A DNA stretch of 62,012 nt, counting the filler, from Basidioascus undulatus (lineage: Eukaryota): the NCBI GenBank assembly GCA_000826855.1. It is 6 parts of 6 records of this genome, joined end to end, with 100 filler letters (N's around TTAATTAATTAA, not from the genome) between each part and the next. Parts side by side here need not be neighbours in the genome. Positions count along the whole stretch, not along the records: positions 6,934 to 34,307 come from JTLS01000167.1; positions 34,408 to 41,238 come from JTLS01001670.1; 4 more parts are not named here. One strand, given 5' to 3'. The notes under the pieces are model-generated. The model saw only the letters and a list, made by a program, of their open reading frames with translations, had not been told where the DNA came from and did not search any database. Below, one piece after another: positions 25,201-37,851 of the stretch (position 1 is the stretch's first letter; every line of letters begins with the position of its first letter). The position numbers were made by a program, and so were the translations under genes.

Positions 25201-26543
25201 CTCGGCGTCCTTGCTAATGCCGATCAGGCGGCCGGGCATGCGACGCTTGAGCGCGTCCGTGCAGGCGAAGAACGCCGCGTGCGGGCCACCGTAGCCGAGG
25301 GGAACGCCGAACCGCGCCGAGTTGCCCACGACGATGTCCGCGCCGAGCTCCCCGGGTGGAGTGAGTATCGTGAGCGCGAGGAGGTCGGTCGCGTAGACGA
25401 CAAGGCCCTTCGCGGCGTGCACAGCGGACGCGACCGAAGAGTAGTCGTTGATGCGGCCGTCGACGTCGGGCTATAGAGGCGATACTGGTTCAGCTCGGCA
25501 CAAACGGGTTTCGGGACTGCATGACGTACGTATTGGAGAAGGACACCGATGAGGTCCGACTTGATGCTCTCATCCTCGAGCGCAGCCTGGACGTCCGACA
25601 CGATCTTCACGTTGATGCCGAAGCCCTTGGCGCGGGTCTCGAGGACAGCCATAGTTTGCGGCAAGACGCCGTCGTCAACGAGGAACGTCCGCTTCTTGCG
25701 GTTCGCGGAGCCGAACGCCATCACCATCGCCTCGGCAGCAGCTGTAGCCTAGTATCAGACGGAAACAATCAGCATCAATACCGCCACTGCTGGGCATACA
25801 GGCGCACCTCGTCAAGAAGAGAGGCGTTCGCGATGTCCATCGCTGTGAGGGAGGCGACCATGGTCTGGAAATTAATGAGAGACTCAAGGCGGCCTTGGGA
25901 GATCTCGGGCTGGTAAGGGGTGTAGGACGTGTACCACGCAGGCGATTCGGTGACCTGAAGAAGAAGACGCTCAGCACTGCATGATCGCTGAGCTTAGAAA
26001 TATTACCCTACGTTGCGCAGAATGACCGGAGGAACAACGGCGTTCTGTGGCAGAGCGCTATTGTCAGTGACGCAGCCCAAATCAACCCGATAAGCTGCGA
26101 GGACGACTCACATGGTAGCCCATCCCGATCCAGCTCTTATACACCTTGTTGTCCTTCGCCAGCTCCCTCGCCCTCGCGGCAAGCTCGGACTCACTCAGCG
26201 GGGGAATGCTCTCGTCGCATACTTTCGCCGTGTCTATGCGAATGCTCTGGGGAACGGCATCAGCGACGAACGCAGCGAGAGACTTGTAGCCCAGCGCGCC
26301 GAGCATCTCGTTGACTTCTGCGTCGCGCGGGCCGATGTGTCTACGCGTAAAGGTATCGAGGGGGGCAAAGATGGAGGAAGGCTTGGTAGGAGGGACATCG
26401 CCGATCGAGTACGTCGCGAGGAGGCGGGCGGATCGGGGCAAGGGTATGGGGAGGGAACGAGGGAGAGTGCGATAGGCGCCGCCTGCGCTGAGGGTGGGCG
26501 GCGCTGCCCTAGGGAGGGTGAGACGAGTCGCACGGCGAAGCAT
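22227..26543 (-). CDS. GCV2: Glycine dehydrogenase (decarboxylating), mitochondrial glycine cleavage P protein
   Basis: Mitochondrial-type presequence, [125 protein letters not shown]. Confidence 0.97.
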
Positions 26544-28394
26544 GGCCGGCGATGAGAATGCGGGTGCGGGTGGTGGGGAAGGTGGTGGTTCGTGGTTGAG
26601 AAGGAAGACCGTCGCAGCTGGAGACTCAAGAAGACCTCACAAACAAGTCCGGGCTGGACTTCACGTGTTGCCGAACGGAGACCCGTCTGCCCGCCTGTTT
26701 TTTGCGCCCCGCGCCTGACAGGGCCAATGGCACCGCCAGCCCCAGACGCTTCCCTTGGCCCGCCCTGACGACCGAATCAATTTTCACATCGCAGTTGCAA
26801 CCGTTACCTTTAGAGGCAGGCAGCGCGGCGCCGCGCATGGAGGGGAAGACCGCCTTGTTGCTGCGCGCGCTACAGCGGCAAGCATGCCGCCACCGTTGCC
26901 GAGGTATACCTACTTGTTAGTACGCAAGTTTCTGACGCGTGTCGCCCTGTCCCTTGCCGGCAAAAAATTCACCCTAGATAACGCTTATCGCAGTGTCCCA
27001 GCTGGTGCCTCCTCAGGTTCCTCGCAGAGTACTTTCCTCATTGCGAGTGTCGAACGCATTCAGGTCTGCCGTCCTTGTACTGACTGAATGACTCCCCAAC
27101 CGGCGGTTACGGAAGAACGCCGGAAGTCTAAGCTGTCAACATCTCGCAGCCCTTGCGGGGCGGGCCCTGGGCTTCCTGAAAGCCTCATGGCTTATCGGGC
27201 GTTCCGGTGCAATGTAAGAGCTACAATTGGTTACCATATTCTGAGCTGGAGAACATGACACATCTACTTCTGGGTGGCGAAGCGGTTCCCGAAAAATGGT
27301 TGCCTGTAACAGGCATGCCACTCTGGAACCCGATTGTCCACCATGAGCCGGTTGTATTGCTGTGTGATGAGGGCACAAGGGCACATACGCACATGGTTTC
27401 CTGATTAAATTTCAAAAGAATACATGAGCTTCGTATAATCCCACTGTGAAGTAAGCGTCGCTACTTACTGGCAATGTGGCGGTTCTCCCGTGAGTGTGCT
27501 GCAGCCTGTGTGAGTGCTCAAAACTCTCACAGCCAAATAGATTGACTAGCTGGGGTAATGCGATTGAGAATTCTCTCCCTGATGTTCAAAGGTCTGCAAG
27601 CCTTACCTGCTAAGCTTAAAGTACGAAAGACACAACGCATGGTAGCGGTGCCATACAATACAGGACTTTTATTCGCCCCCACAACAGTCGGTATACCGAG
27701 TTTGGAGTCTACACCCGTTCCTCTCTGCATCTGTGCAGCCCAACAGCAATCAGTTGTCACCGCCAGTAAGCCTCGCCACTTTTACAGAGCGCCGCCGTCC
27801 CAAGGACCTAGACACCCGCAAAACTCGCAGTTGCTAAGGCCTTTCCTTGTCAAGCCATGTTTGGCCTTCCAACAGTATACCAATATAAACAAAACCTTTT
27901 CGAGGATTTACAAAGCCATGTCAATAGCCTTCTCCTGCTTCCCCGAGCCCTATGGGAAGTGATTCGACGATAGGCAGGTGAGAATGCGGCGAATCGACGG
28001 TGCAGTTCTCCATGTACAGCTCGCACCGTTCCTGTGTGCGGCATCAGAACGAAGTATTTGGTACTATGACACGTCCATTCATTGTAGCATATTCGTTGAG
28101 GCATTGAGGCGGACAAGCTCGCCTTTCTCACTGACAGCTGCGGCTTTCCACAGCTTGTTCCGTATACGCATGACCTGTCGGGTTTGGCGGCAGCGGAAGT
28201 GGAAGAATGGACGAGCCGGGTACGTAGTGGAATGCTCACGTCGTGTCAGCATTCTGCTCTTGCCACCGCATCATCGTTATCGTCAGGTCCTCCCATCGTC
28301 CAAGCCTTTTCGAAACTCGTCCAACCATCTCGCTCGGAGCTCGCACCTGCTGTTCGAATACCCAATCGTTCAAAGTCCAGCCTACTTGTCGAAC

Positions 28395-29288
28395 ATGACC
28401 ACTTTGTCACTCCCTTTGGACGTTCTCAGGCTCATCGTGGACGAGGCCGCCGCTCCTGCTCACCCGCGTGCTTACGCCCGGGACTACGTCACGCCCGCCT
28501 GCCTCTGCCTCGTTTCGCGGGACATGAAGGACCTGGCGCAACGCAAGCTCTACTCGTCGATAGACCTCTTGACGGTTCGGCTCGGGGGAGGCGCCGGCGA
28601 GCAAAAGTTCCTTGCTCTTGCTTCGACAGTCCAAGGGCATCCTGAGCTGCTCCGCCATACCCGATCGATCTTCCTTCCGTCAGACTTCGTGTCATATGGC
28701 AAGGATGAGAGTGACTCTCCGGGGTTGGTCGCCAGGAAGACAGTCTTCACATTCTTGTCATCCCAGGCGGAACCGGTGCCCAGTAACAGGGAAGTCCTCG
28801 CCGCCCTCGTGAACCAACGAAGCGCTCTGCGAGAGTTTGTATCGCTATTCATGGCCAATGAGCCTGCTGGTCTTCGGGCCGTTAGGTACCCTGAGTGCGT
28901 GCTCACGTCTCATAGTCTGGGAGCCCCATCTTCGCACATTGGAGGTGCTTGAAGCACTCTTACAGACCTCATCTCTCTCGCATCTGGCAGTCTACGTGTA
29001 CCTGCTATGGCAGTCAGAAGGTGCACCCTTCGCTGGTATAAAGCGCCTTGCTGAAAGCTCACCAAGGCTGCAGCAGACGTCGTTCATCTTGCAGTGATGG
29101 GCAAAGAGGCAAAAGCAGCTTTTGAGCGTGCTGTTGCGACGCAGCACTTCATGAGGGGCTTGGTCGTGTACAAACAAAATCATTATTCTCTTCATGATGA
29201 AAGCTCTGCGAGTGCTGTTCTGTTGTTCAATAGAATCAGTATACGGTTCAATAGAGCCCGGCAGGACTGGTGTGTGATTAGGACATAG
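28395..29288 (+). pseudogene. F-box-like gene, probably disrupted in its 3' half
   Basis: MTTLSLPLDVLRLIVDEAAAPAHPRAY...LCLVSRDMKDLAQRKLY is an agaric-type F-box-like start. The later frame TSSLSHLAV...GIKRLAESSPRLQQTSFILQ stops at 29095-29097 and coding-like sequence continues in another frame. Confidence 0.55.
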
Positions 29289-29514
29289 CCGAGCATGATC
29301 GGTGTGTGCGTCGCGGGTGCGCAGCTTGTCACCCATGTTAGAAGCAACCCACGCGCAAGGCAACTCAAAAGAATGTGTTGCAAGAAGGGTATCTAGAATC
29401 GCGTCCACAAGCCCAAAGTCCGCACTTCCACAAACCGACAAGCGAAGGCCTATCCGCCCTCCGCTAATGCGCGTCGTTCTCCTCATCCTTCCACCCTCAC
29501 CAGCCTCACAAGCC

Positions 29515-31675
29515 TCACAAGCTGCCCTCTGTACATCGAAGTACGGCCCAAGCTCCACCCAGTCAGTAGACCGCCGCAAACGAGCGTCAGCCACCCACAT
29601 CATAGGACGTACCGTCCATCTTGGCCTTGTCTGCATCCCCAACCCATCTCCCATCAGCTCCGGCCGCATCCCAGTGAGTCGAAGAAGAGGCCAACACGCA
29701 CAATACCGGACCATCTCCTCCACGCCCATCTCGACCGTCCACTGGGGCTGCCACCCGAGCGTCTCCTTCGCGCGCGTCGTGTCCGGCCGGCGCCGCTGCG
29801 GGTCGTCGACGGGGACGGGGCGGTAGACGATGTCGACGCGCCTTCTCCTCCTCGGCTTTTTCTCCCCCTCTTGCAGCTTCTCCTCCTTCTCCTCCCCTCC
29901 GCCATCCTCCACCACGTTCTCGAGCGCCTTCTTCAGGTCGCCGGACGAGAACGACAATCCGAGGCCCGTCCTCCTTGCCGTCCCCTCCTCCTCATCCTCC
30001 TCCTTCAGCACGCGCTCCACGATGTCCCTGACAGCCTTGGCGAACTCCTCGATGGTGAACTCGTCCTGGTTTCCGAGGTTGACGGGCTGCGTCTCGGACC
30101 CGTTCATGAGGAGGACGAGGCCGTCGACGAGGTCGTGGATGTACTGGAACGAGCGCGTCTGCGCGCCGTCGCCGTACACCGTCATGTCCTCCTCGCGCAG
30201 AGCCTGCACGATGAAGTTGGACACGACGCGCCCGTCGTGTGGGTTCATCCGCGGCCCGAACGTGTTAAAGATCCGCGCCACGCGCACATCCACCCCGTCC
30301 TGCCGCGCGAAGCCGTACGTCAGGCACTCGGCGACCCGCTTGCCTTCGTCGTAGCACGCGCGAGGGCCGATCGGGTTCACGTTGCCGTTGTACTATGTGT
30401 AATGAAGAATCCGCTTCAGCCCACACCCTCCTCGTCTGTGCGATGGGACGGAGACTGCGCACCGTTTCAGGCTGCGGGTGAACGAGCGGGTCACCGTAGA
30501 TTTCTGCAGCAGCAACACTGTCAGCACGAACTTCATCAATGACAATACAAGCAAAGCAGCGCGACGTACCTGATGTGGAAGCCATCAAGAACCGTGCCTT
30601 CGTGCGCTTCGCCAGCCCGAGCATGTTGAGCGTGCCCAAGAAGGACGTCTTGATCGTCTTGACAGCGTTGTACTGGTAATGCGGTGGTCTACCCGAATCC
30701 CCACCTCATCAGCACACATCGCTCCTCAGCCCAGCCTACATCGGATGCGACGCACGATGCCGGGCAAGCTGATGCCCGCGCAGCATTTCAGTCAACCCTC
30801 CCAGCACCCCCATCCCAAAGTCGATCAGCTCACCGAGGTGGTAGATCTGGGTGCTGCCCCGCCCGTCCGCTCCTTCAGCACCCTTCCCGGCAGTCAACCC
30901 ACCTTCCGCACACCGGGACTCACCACTCTGCCATGAACGGCTCCGTCACGTCGTGTCTGACCATCTCAAAGTTAGGGTGCCCCGCCCAGTGCGCGAGGTT
31001 CGTCTTGCTCCCCGTAAAGAAGTTGTCGAGGACGATGACCTCGTGGCCGAGGAGCATCAGGCGGTCCACTGCCCGTGCGTGCCCGCCCTCTCCGTGAGCC
31101 GAAAGGACGAGGAAGATGGGGGAAGGGAGAACGGGGGAGCGACGCACCGAGATGGGAGCCTACGAACCCGGCCCCGCCCGAGACGACTATGCGCTCGCGC
31201 TGGTGCGGGGGGAGCATCTTCACGGGCGGGTACGCTTTCGAGCGGGGGTAGGCACTGCGCACCGTCCACCCCGCATCAGCACAATTCCCCACCCACCACC
31301 CCAGCAGTAACCCCTCTTCCTCCGTCCCATCGCCAGCGCAACTCACACGAACGTCTGCTCCGGCCACTCCGGGTACGGGCTCCTCCCCTCCTCCTGCTCC
31401 TTCTCCCCCGCGCCGTTAAGCAGCGCGCTCCTCGCGCTGCTCCGTCTCCTCTGGCGCTCGTCCGCGCCGCGGCGGACGGCCTCACTCTCCTCCGGCGAGC
31501 CGAGGTACAGACTGCGGAGGAGGTCGATGGGGACGCGCGAGTCGAAGCCGAAGCGGTCGACGCCCGCGTGCGTGATCTCGCGCCCGTGCTTGCCAATCGC
31601 TGGGGAGGCCGGGCGCGGGGACTGGGATACCGAGGACCGGCGCAGGGCGCCGGGGAGTTGAGGGGTTAGGGTCAT
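29515..31675 (-). CDS. UXS1: UDP-glucuronate decarboxylase (UDP-xylose synthase)
   Basis: [101 protein letters not shown]. The last exon (…DEGSL*) is inferred. Confidence 0.95.
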
Positions 31676-32080
31676 TGCTGGGTGAGGAGGGAGCGGAAGA
31701 CAGGAGGCAGGAAGAAGGGGGAGGAGGACGGAAGAGGAGGACAGAAGAGAGAAGAGCGAGAGGGAGGCTTGCTCGGACGACTCAATCACACACTCCGTCA
31801 CCGCGCCGGATGGACCGGTCGCCGCGTCCGTTTCCATGGTGTGAATCTAGTTGAACAGACTGCCAGCTTTCCAGTTAAATTATCGCTCACATGCACGAGG
31901 GCAAGTTGACGATGCTGAGGGGAGCAGGGCTGTTGCCTTCCCCCAGCCTTGCAGAGTAGCACTTCCACCGTCACACATAACCCCGACCAAACGAGCCAGC
32001 AATCAAGGAGTCCGGCAAAGCCAAAGCATATGCATGCGTCATAGTCCCGCAAAGCTCAGCGATGGTCCATGGCGATGCGT

Positions 32081-32970
32081 CTAGTAGACGTCTGTTCCCG
32101 ACACAACGCACAATCAGCAACGGCCTTCCACTTGCACTTCACAAAACGACGTTTACTCACAGCCGAGGATCTTGCCACCGACGTGCTTGCGACGGGCCTC
32201 CTCGTGGTCCATGATGCCGGACGAGGTGGTGAGGATGATCTTGCCGAAGGAGCGGGCGGGGAGGAGGAGCGCGACCCAGTTCTCGATCTGCGAGACCTGG
32301 ACGTTGAAGCGCGGCGAGATGACGCCCGTCTTGTTCAGCCGGCCGTTGAGCTGGATAACAATCTTGCCCGAGCGGTGATCGTCGACCTCCTCGAAGTCGC
32401 CGATGTAGCCTGATCCCCAACAACGTCCATCATACACCATCAGCGTCTGGAGCGAGGGAGTTGATGAGAGGATGAAGTGATGAAGAGAGATAAGATGTCC
32501 GCATTTCGAGCTAAGCCGCTCGACCGGGAGATAGAGGAAGGGCGAAAGAAGCCCAAAATGAAGCGGGTGAGATGATATCTCGGAGCGTTAAAGAATGAAG
32601 TCGGGCGAAGGGGGCGACGAGGCGCTGCCGACTGCAAACAGTTATCACTCCGAACCCTCGGCGGGTGAGGGACCACCGAGGCGTGCGTAACGTCGAGATG
32701 GGCATCAAGAGGGAGAGAAAGAGAGGAAGAGAGATGGGAAGGGAGGGAAAGGGCGACTCACCGTGCTTCTGCATGACCGAGAGGAACTTGACGACGACCT
32801 TGGAGCTCGGGCGGACGAGCACCTGGCGCTTGCCGCGGCGCTCGGCGTTGACGATCGAGTTGAGGCAGTCGTTGAGGACGGAGACGCGCTGTTCAACCAC
32901 ACCAAGATCCACCCAAGTCAGCCCGCGCCGCTGCTGTTCGCCAGCCATCCGCTCTGAGACGTACGACCAT
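32081..32970 (-). CDS. RPS22: 40S ribosomal protein uS8 (S22/S15a); 4 exons
   Basis: [71 protein letters not shown]...GGKILG-YVY*. Confidence 0.98.
32493..32654 (-). ncRNA. Intronic box H/ACA snoRNA, snR44-like
   Basis: In RPS22 intron 2 (sense strand): hairpin CGGAG-TGATAACTG...TTTAA-CG-CTCCG, H-box ATATCA, second hairpin CCGC...GCGG, then ACA + 3 nt. Pocket strands ATAACT and TTTAA complement the 18S motif UUAAA-UC-AGUUAU (recalled from memory). Confidence 0.75.
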
Positions 32971-33532
32971 CTTGGCTCTCTTTGCTTGAAGTTGCCGGAA
33001 AAGAGAGGGCTGGGGGAGGGAGGAGGGAAACCTGCGGGTCAGCGACAGCCACTAGCGCCTCACCGCCGACGGGGTGCACGCAAGGAACCAGCTCCCGTGG
33101 CCCGTCGGGGTTGACCCGTGTGAGGGCACCGCGCGCAAGCACGCGGTGTGGCAGGCTCTGAGGGTATCCCCGCGCAGGGGAGCACGAGAGCGGCCAGGCG
33201 GCATAGTGGACCGGGGAAGGCAGGGGGATGGGGAGTGTTGGGAGATACGCACGCGAGCGAGGAGGACGACGACGACGGGGAAAGGAAAGGAGAAGTCGAA
33301 ATGCGGGCAAGGCATGGCAGGCAAAGTCTTCTCGAGCGCGGGACTTCCGCGGGGAGAGCGAGGATTGAAAGTTTGAATACTATTGACGGCAGGTTCAATA
33401 GTGTGAGTTACTATGCTTCCCCCGCGACCGGCCCTGAAGAGCGAAGAAAGTCGAGTCGGCCCTGGGCAAGCGCTCTTCGAGTGTTGAAGTGGTCGTCCTC
33501 ACCTCCATTTTTACCCTCCTCAAGAAAGCAAA

Positions 33533-34307
33533 ATGGTGATTCGCGCCATTCCAATATCGCATCCGACGTTGTTCCCGGCATCCCCGCCGTCACCCTGCTC
33601 GACACCGCCGTTCATCGAACAGGCGAAGCGCTCGCCAAATTTTGACCACCTCGCTCTCGATCGCCCCTTCGCTTCTTGCGCTCGGGCGAGCTCAGTAGCG
33701 CTGGGCTTGTCGGGAAGATCAGGTTGATGGAGTGGGCATGGGTGGTCGAAGAGCGGGCTGAATCGTTGGACTTGGTGCGGAGGGGGACTTTGAGAAGCGG
33801 CAGGGGCCGGATAGGGAGGAGAGCAGTGCAGGCGACCGGCACACGCACCTCCCACCCGCAACCGCCGACGAGTACTGATGACCACTCTTTGCACCATCCA
33901 GGGTCGCGTCCGCACGAAGACCGTCAAGCGCGCTTCTCGCGTTCTCATCGAGAAGTACTACCCGCGCCTCACGCTTGACTTCCACACCAACAAGCGGGTC
34001 GCCGACACCGTGCGTCCTGTCGTCTCCCCTCCCCTCTTCTATCGTGAAAAGGGGCTCTCGGAGGTCTGACATGCGGTGGATGGGCTGCAGGTTGCGATCA
34101 TCCCCTCCAAGCGCCTGCGGAACAAGATCGCCGGGTTCACGACGCACCTGATGAAGCGCATCCAGCGCGGGCCCGTCCGCGGCATCTCGTTCAAGCTCCA
34201 GGAGGAGGAGCGCGAGCGCAAGGACAACTACGTCCCGGAGGTGTCTGCCCTCGACACCACCGAGGCGCCCCTCGAGGTCGACCCGGACACCAAGGTTCGT
34301 CGCCTTC
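33533..34307 (+). CDS. RPS17: 40S ribosomal protein eS17, 3' end truncated by the gap
   Basis: Inferred ATG-only first exon at 33533, intron to 33901, then [32 protein letters not shown]...[52 protein letters not shown]. Confidence 0.97.
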
Positions 34308-34407
34308 NNNNNNNNNNNNNNNNNNNNNNNNNNNNNNNNNNNNNNNNNNNNTTAATTAATTAANNNNNNNNNNNNNNNNNNNNNNNNNNNNNNNNNNNNN
34401 NNNNNNN
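34308..34407. other. Artificial contig-joining linker
   Basis: 44 N + TTAATTAATTAA + 44 N. Confidence 0.99.
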
Positions 34408-35640
34408 CAGCTGAAGGATAGGATGAATAGGGGCGTGAGCGGGGTGAGCGTGGGGAACTAGGGAAGGGAGGATTGATCTGGATGCGCTGATTCTGGAGGG
34501 CACATGAGCAGGGCTGGACGGTGGTGTGCTTGACCATATCGTAAAGATTTTGACTACTATAGCCAGGACAGTAGTTAGTCAATACTTGGCGCGCAGAGTG
34601 CATCGAACTGGTGGGTGCGCGTTTCTCGTGCGGGTTGGGTGGTCTTCATTTGCCAGTGTTGTGTACATGCTGCTCAGGTGCGGAGTTGTGCCAGCATGGA
34701 ATTTGTTGAACCACCTCCCGGCTGCCCAAGTGCTATACATGAGATGTGTATATGAGATGTCGGAGCGCTACGTACGGGTTATCGGGCGGTACGGATGGCA
34801 ACGACCTCTTTCGCTAAGCTCTGTTGAATTAGAGCTTCACAACGCGAAGCGGCATCTGTCGTATGTTTACAATTGAATGCCAGTCCATCAGACGATGTAG
34901 AGAGCTGGCGGTCGAGTGCATAGTCGAGTGCATAGCAAAGTACTGCGAAACACCAGTCCACTGAAACAACCAATTCGAAAGCCTCGGGCCATGCTTCCTG
35001 CTTCCCCGAGCCCCCCTCCATAACCTCGCTGTAAACTCTCCTTTCAGACACTCCTAGATGGCGGAGCAGCCCTATCTTAGAAAGCAACGTATCCGACCTC
35101 GCTGCTGCCCAACCGAGCCACCTGACAATCCACAGACACAGCACACTCTGCGCCCCTGCGCCTGCGGAGGCCCTTTTCCGTGTCATGTCGCATATCTAAA
35201 AAGAGGATACAGGGTAGCGACAGCACGGATTCTGACGTCGCATTGCCCGTGCTGCGTTGAAATGACAACCGCTCCGCGTTCAAACTCTCAACCACTGGCA
35301 GCTTTGGACGCCACATACCCATGTTCCTCATGAAATCAGAGATGCACAACCTATTCGCTCATGGTCAACCTGTCTGCTTGTGCTGCGCCACTAAGCAGAA
35401 AATCGACGTTTCATGGATCGAAGACCGTCACGACGTTGCCCTCCTGGCAAAGCAGAGCAAACTTCGAGTTAGCAGGTAAAGCCTTCCTTGGAAACAGGGA
35501 AATGAGAAATGAGGACGTACGATACCGATCAAGTGATACCAGTCGATCCCCACCACGACCACGCTGTCAAAGTCCCTCCCACTCGTCGCAGCCCCGACCG
35601 CAGCGGCACCGCAAAGTACGGCGACTCGAGCACCTCCTCT

Positions 35641-36600
35641 TCAAGGTGAAACGCACGTCCTCAGGCTCCCCGAACGCCGAGCGAGCGCGATCCCGTCCGG
35701 ATGGCGCGTGAAGTACTTCATCCGGAGGGGCGAGAAGTCGATGATCCCTGGCGGAGGCGTCCCCCGCACGGGGAGGAGGACGCCCGCTCCTGCGCGATCT
35801 CGAGCGGGTCGTAGCCGAGGTACCCCCCGCTCAGCCAGCGCATTTGGTCCCCCAGCCCATTCCGCCCAGGGCACGCCAGCTCCCGCGCGGCCCCTGCTGC
35901 GCGAGGACGAGGCGGAGGGGGACCGCGCGGGTGAGGGGGTTGTCTTGGAACTGGAAGATGAGAGATAGGATGGGCCAACGCGAGGGAAAGCAGGTGCAGG
36001 CACGTTGTCGTTGGGGTCCTGTGGACGACAGGTGGCTCAGCTATCGCCTGGGTTCAAGGCAAGCTTGGAAGAAAAGGAAGGAAGACACACCTGCTCTCGT
36101 CAATCTTTATGAGCACCAAGAGGTCCTGCACCGGATCGATCTCTAAGTCGGCCACCTCGAACACAACGTCGCGCTCCCACGCAGGGAGGAGTCTCGTCTG
36201 GGGGCACACGGTGAGGATGCCCTGAGCGTCCGCGATCTCGCCCACCTTCGAAAGATCAAACAGCGCGAGCTGCCCGTACTCGTAGACGACGTAGATCGAG
36301 TCCCGCCCGCGGAGAAGCGTCTCAAGCTCGCCCAGGCCCTCGGCGACGTGCAGCTGCACGCGGCGAGGGAAGGCAGCGGTCGCGAGAGAGGCGAGGAGCG
36401 GGAGGAGGGTGAGGGCGTCTGAGCTGGGGTTAGAACTGGGGAGAAGAGAAGCGAGCGCGAGGGACGTCGCATGAGAGATCGATGTGAGAGTGGATCAGCG
36501 AGTGGAGGGCCCGGCAGGTGAGGGAGCAACGGAGGAGCGAGAGCAGATCGAGCGAGATCAGTATTGGGAGGAGGGAAGGGAGCGTTGATAGAGTGCCCAT
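35641..36600 (-). CDS. F-box-like hypothetical protein (3' boundary uncertain, may be degenerate)
   Basis: MGTLSTLPSLLPILISLDLLSLLRCSLTCRALHSLI is F-box-like; downstream LEIDPVQDLLVLI resembles a motif of basidiomycete F-box families; GIIDFSPLR near the 3' end. Confidence 0.5.
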
Positions 36601-36942
36601 TGTGGGCAGTCGATCGAGGAGAAGAAGGTGGTAGTGGTGAATTGGAGTGAAGGAGGAAGACGTCCGTTGTCAAAGCTGTGGCAGTGCTGCCATGCAGCGC
36701 AGCGGTGAGTTGGCAATGAAGCTCGGGAGGTCTTGATAGTAAACCAGTCAAGCTGAAGTGAACGATATTTTTCACAGGTCAAGATTCTCATCTGCACCCT
36801 GCACAGTTCGCAAGGGAGTCATCTCCAGCAGCGACTCCACACCTCGATGCCACAACATCCACCCTCTTCTGACTCATTCGCTTCTTGCGCTGGGACAGAT
36901 CCGCAGACATTCCTACTGCTCAGCTTGGACCTTTGGATTTCT

Positions 36943-37851
36943 TCAAAGACGGGGTCGACGAGGTCGTGCGGAGGTGAGAGCGGCTCGACAAGCTACCCAG
37001 AATACAATTCTGTAAGCTTTAAGCCCGGCAGGAAAGAAATCCGGTATCAGAGCTCCACGCACCAGAACCGGTTCCATCGTAGCCCAACGCCGGAGAACGA
37101 AGCTATCGGCATTCAAAATCCCAACGTAGTCACCTCTGGTGCTAGAACTCGCCAGAGTGCGCACATCTGCGACGTTCTCGATGAGGCGATGCAAGCCGCT
37201 CGGGGTCTGCGCGAGCGGATGCGGCAGGCCGGACGAGAGCGAGAAGAGGTGCGAGCGCAGTTGGGCGTCGTCCGCCTCCCATCGGGAGCTTTTGAAGTCG
37301 CGCGCCCCTGCTGGATCATGAAAGACCTCGACAAGCATGACCAGGTTCTGCGCGTCCTGCACGAGCAGAGCGTGCGGGTTGAACGCGATTGCCCGGACCC
37401 AGCTCGACTCGAGTTCCGAGCTCGACGTGTACGACCTCGGCTACTTCTGCGACGGATCGAACATCACCAGATGGTCCTCCTCGATAACGAGAATTCTGGA
37501 ACTTCTCAAAGCGCAATAGTGGACTGCGTCCCCACGCCTCCCAGGAAAAACGCACTCCGTCCGCTCAAGAAAGCGGCCGGTAACGACGGAGGCAAGCTGC
37601 TGCTCGAGCAGGTCGAGCTGCATCGGCGCGCACAGGGAAGCAGAGAAGCAAGCGGAAGGGCGATGGCGAGTTGTACGCTGCGCTCCCAGATGAGGGCATG
37701 CAGGCGGCGGCAGGTTGCGTGCGGTGCAGCGCAGGATCGAGCGCGCGTCCAGGTTCGAGAGAGTTGAGCAGCTCCTCGTGAAGGATCAGGAGCGAGGGGA
37801 AAGACATTTGGGCTGCTGAAGCACTGGGTACTGGCGACGTGGTGGGTCCAT
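36943..37851 (-). pseudogene. Frameshifted F-box-like paralog in tandem with 35641-36600
   Basis: Fragments in different frames: LLILHEELLNSL, TCRRLHALIWERSVQLAIAL, VQDAQNLVMLVE, GILNADSFVLRR. Confidence 0.45.

Noticed and set aside
19009..31675. GT32 plus UXS1 as a polysaccharide or capsule cluster
   Set aside because: They are about 9 kb apart, separated by GCV2 and F-box relics, and both are widespread housekeeping-type genes.
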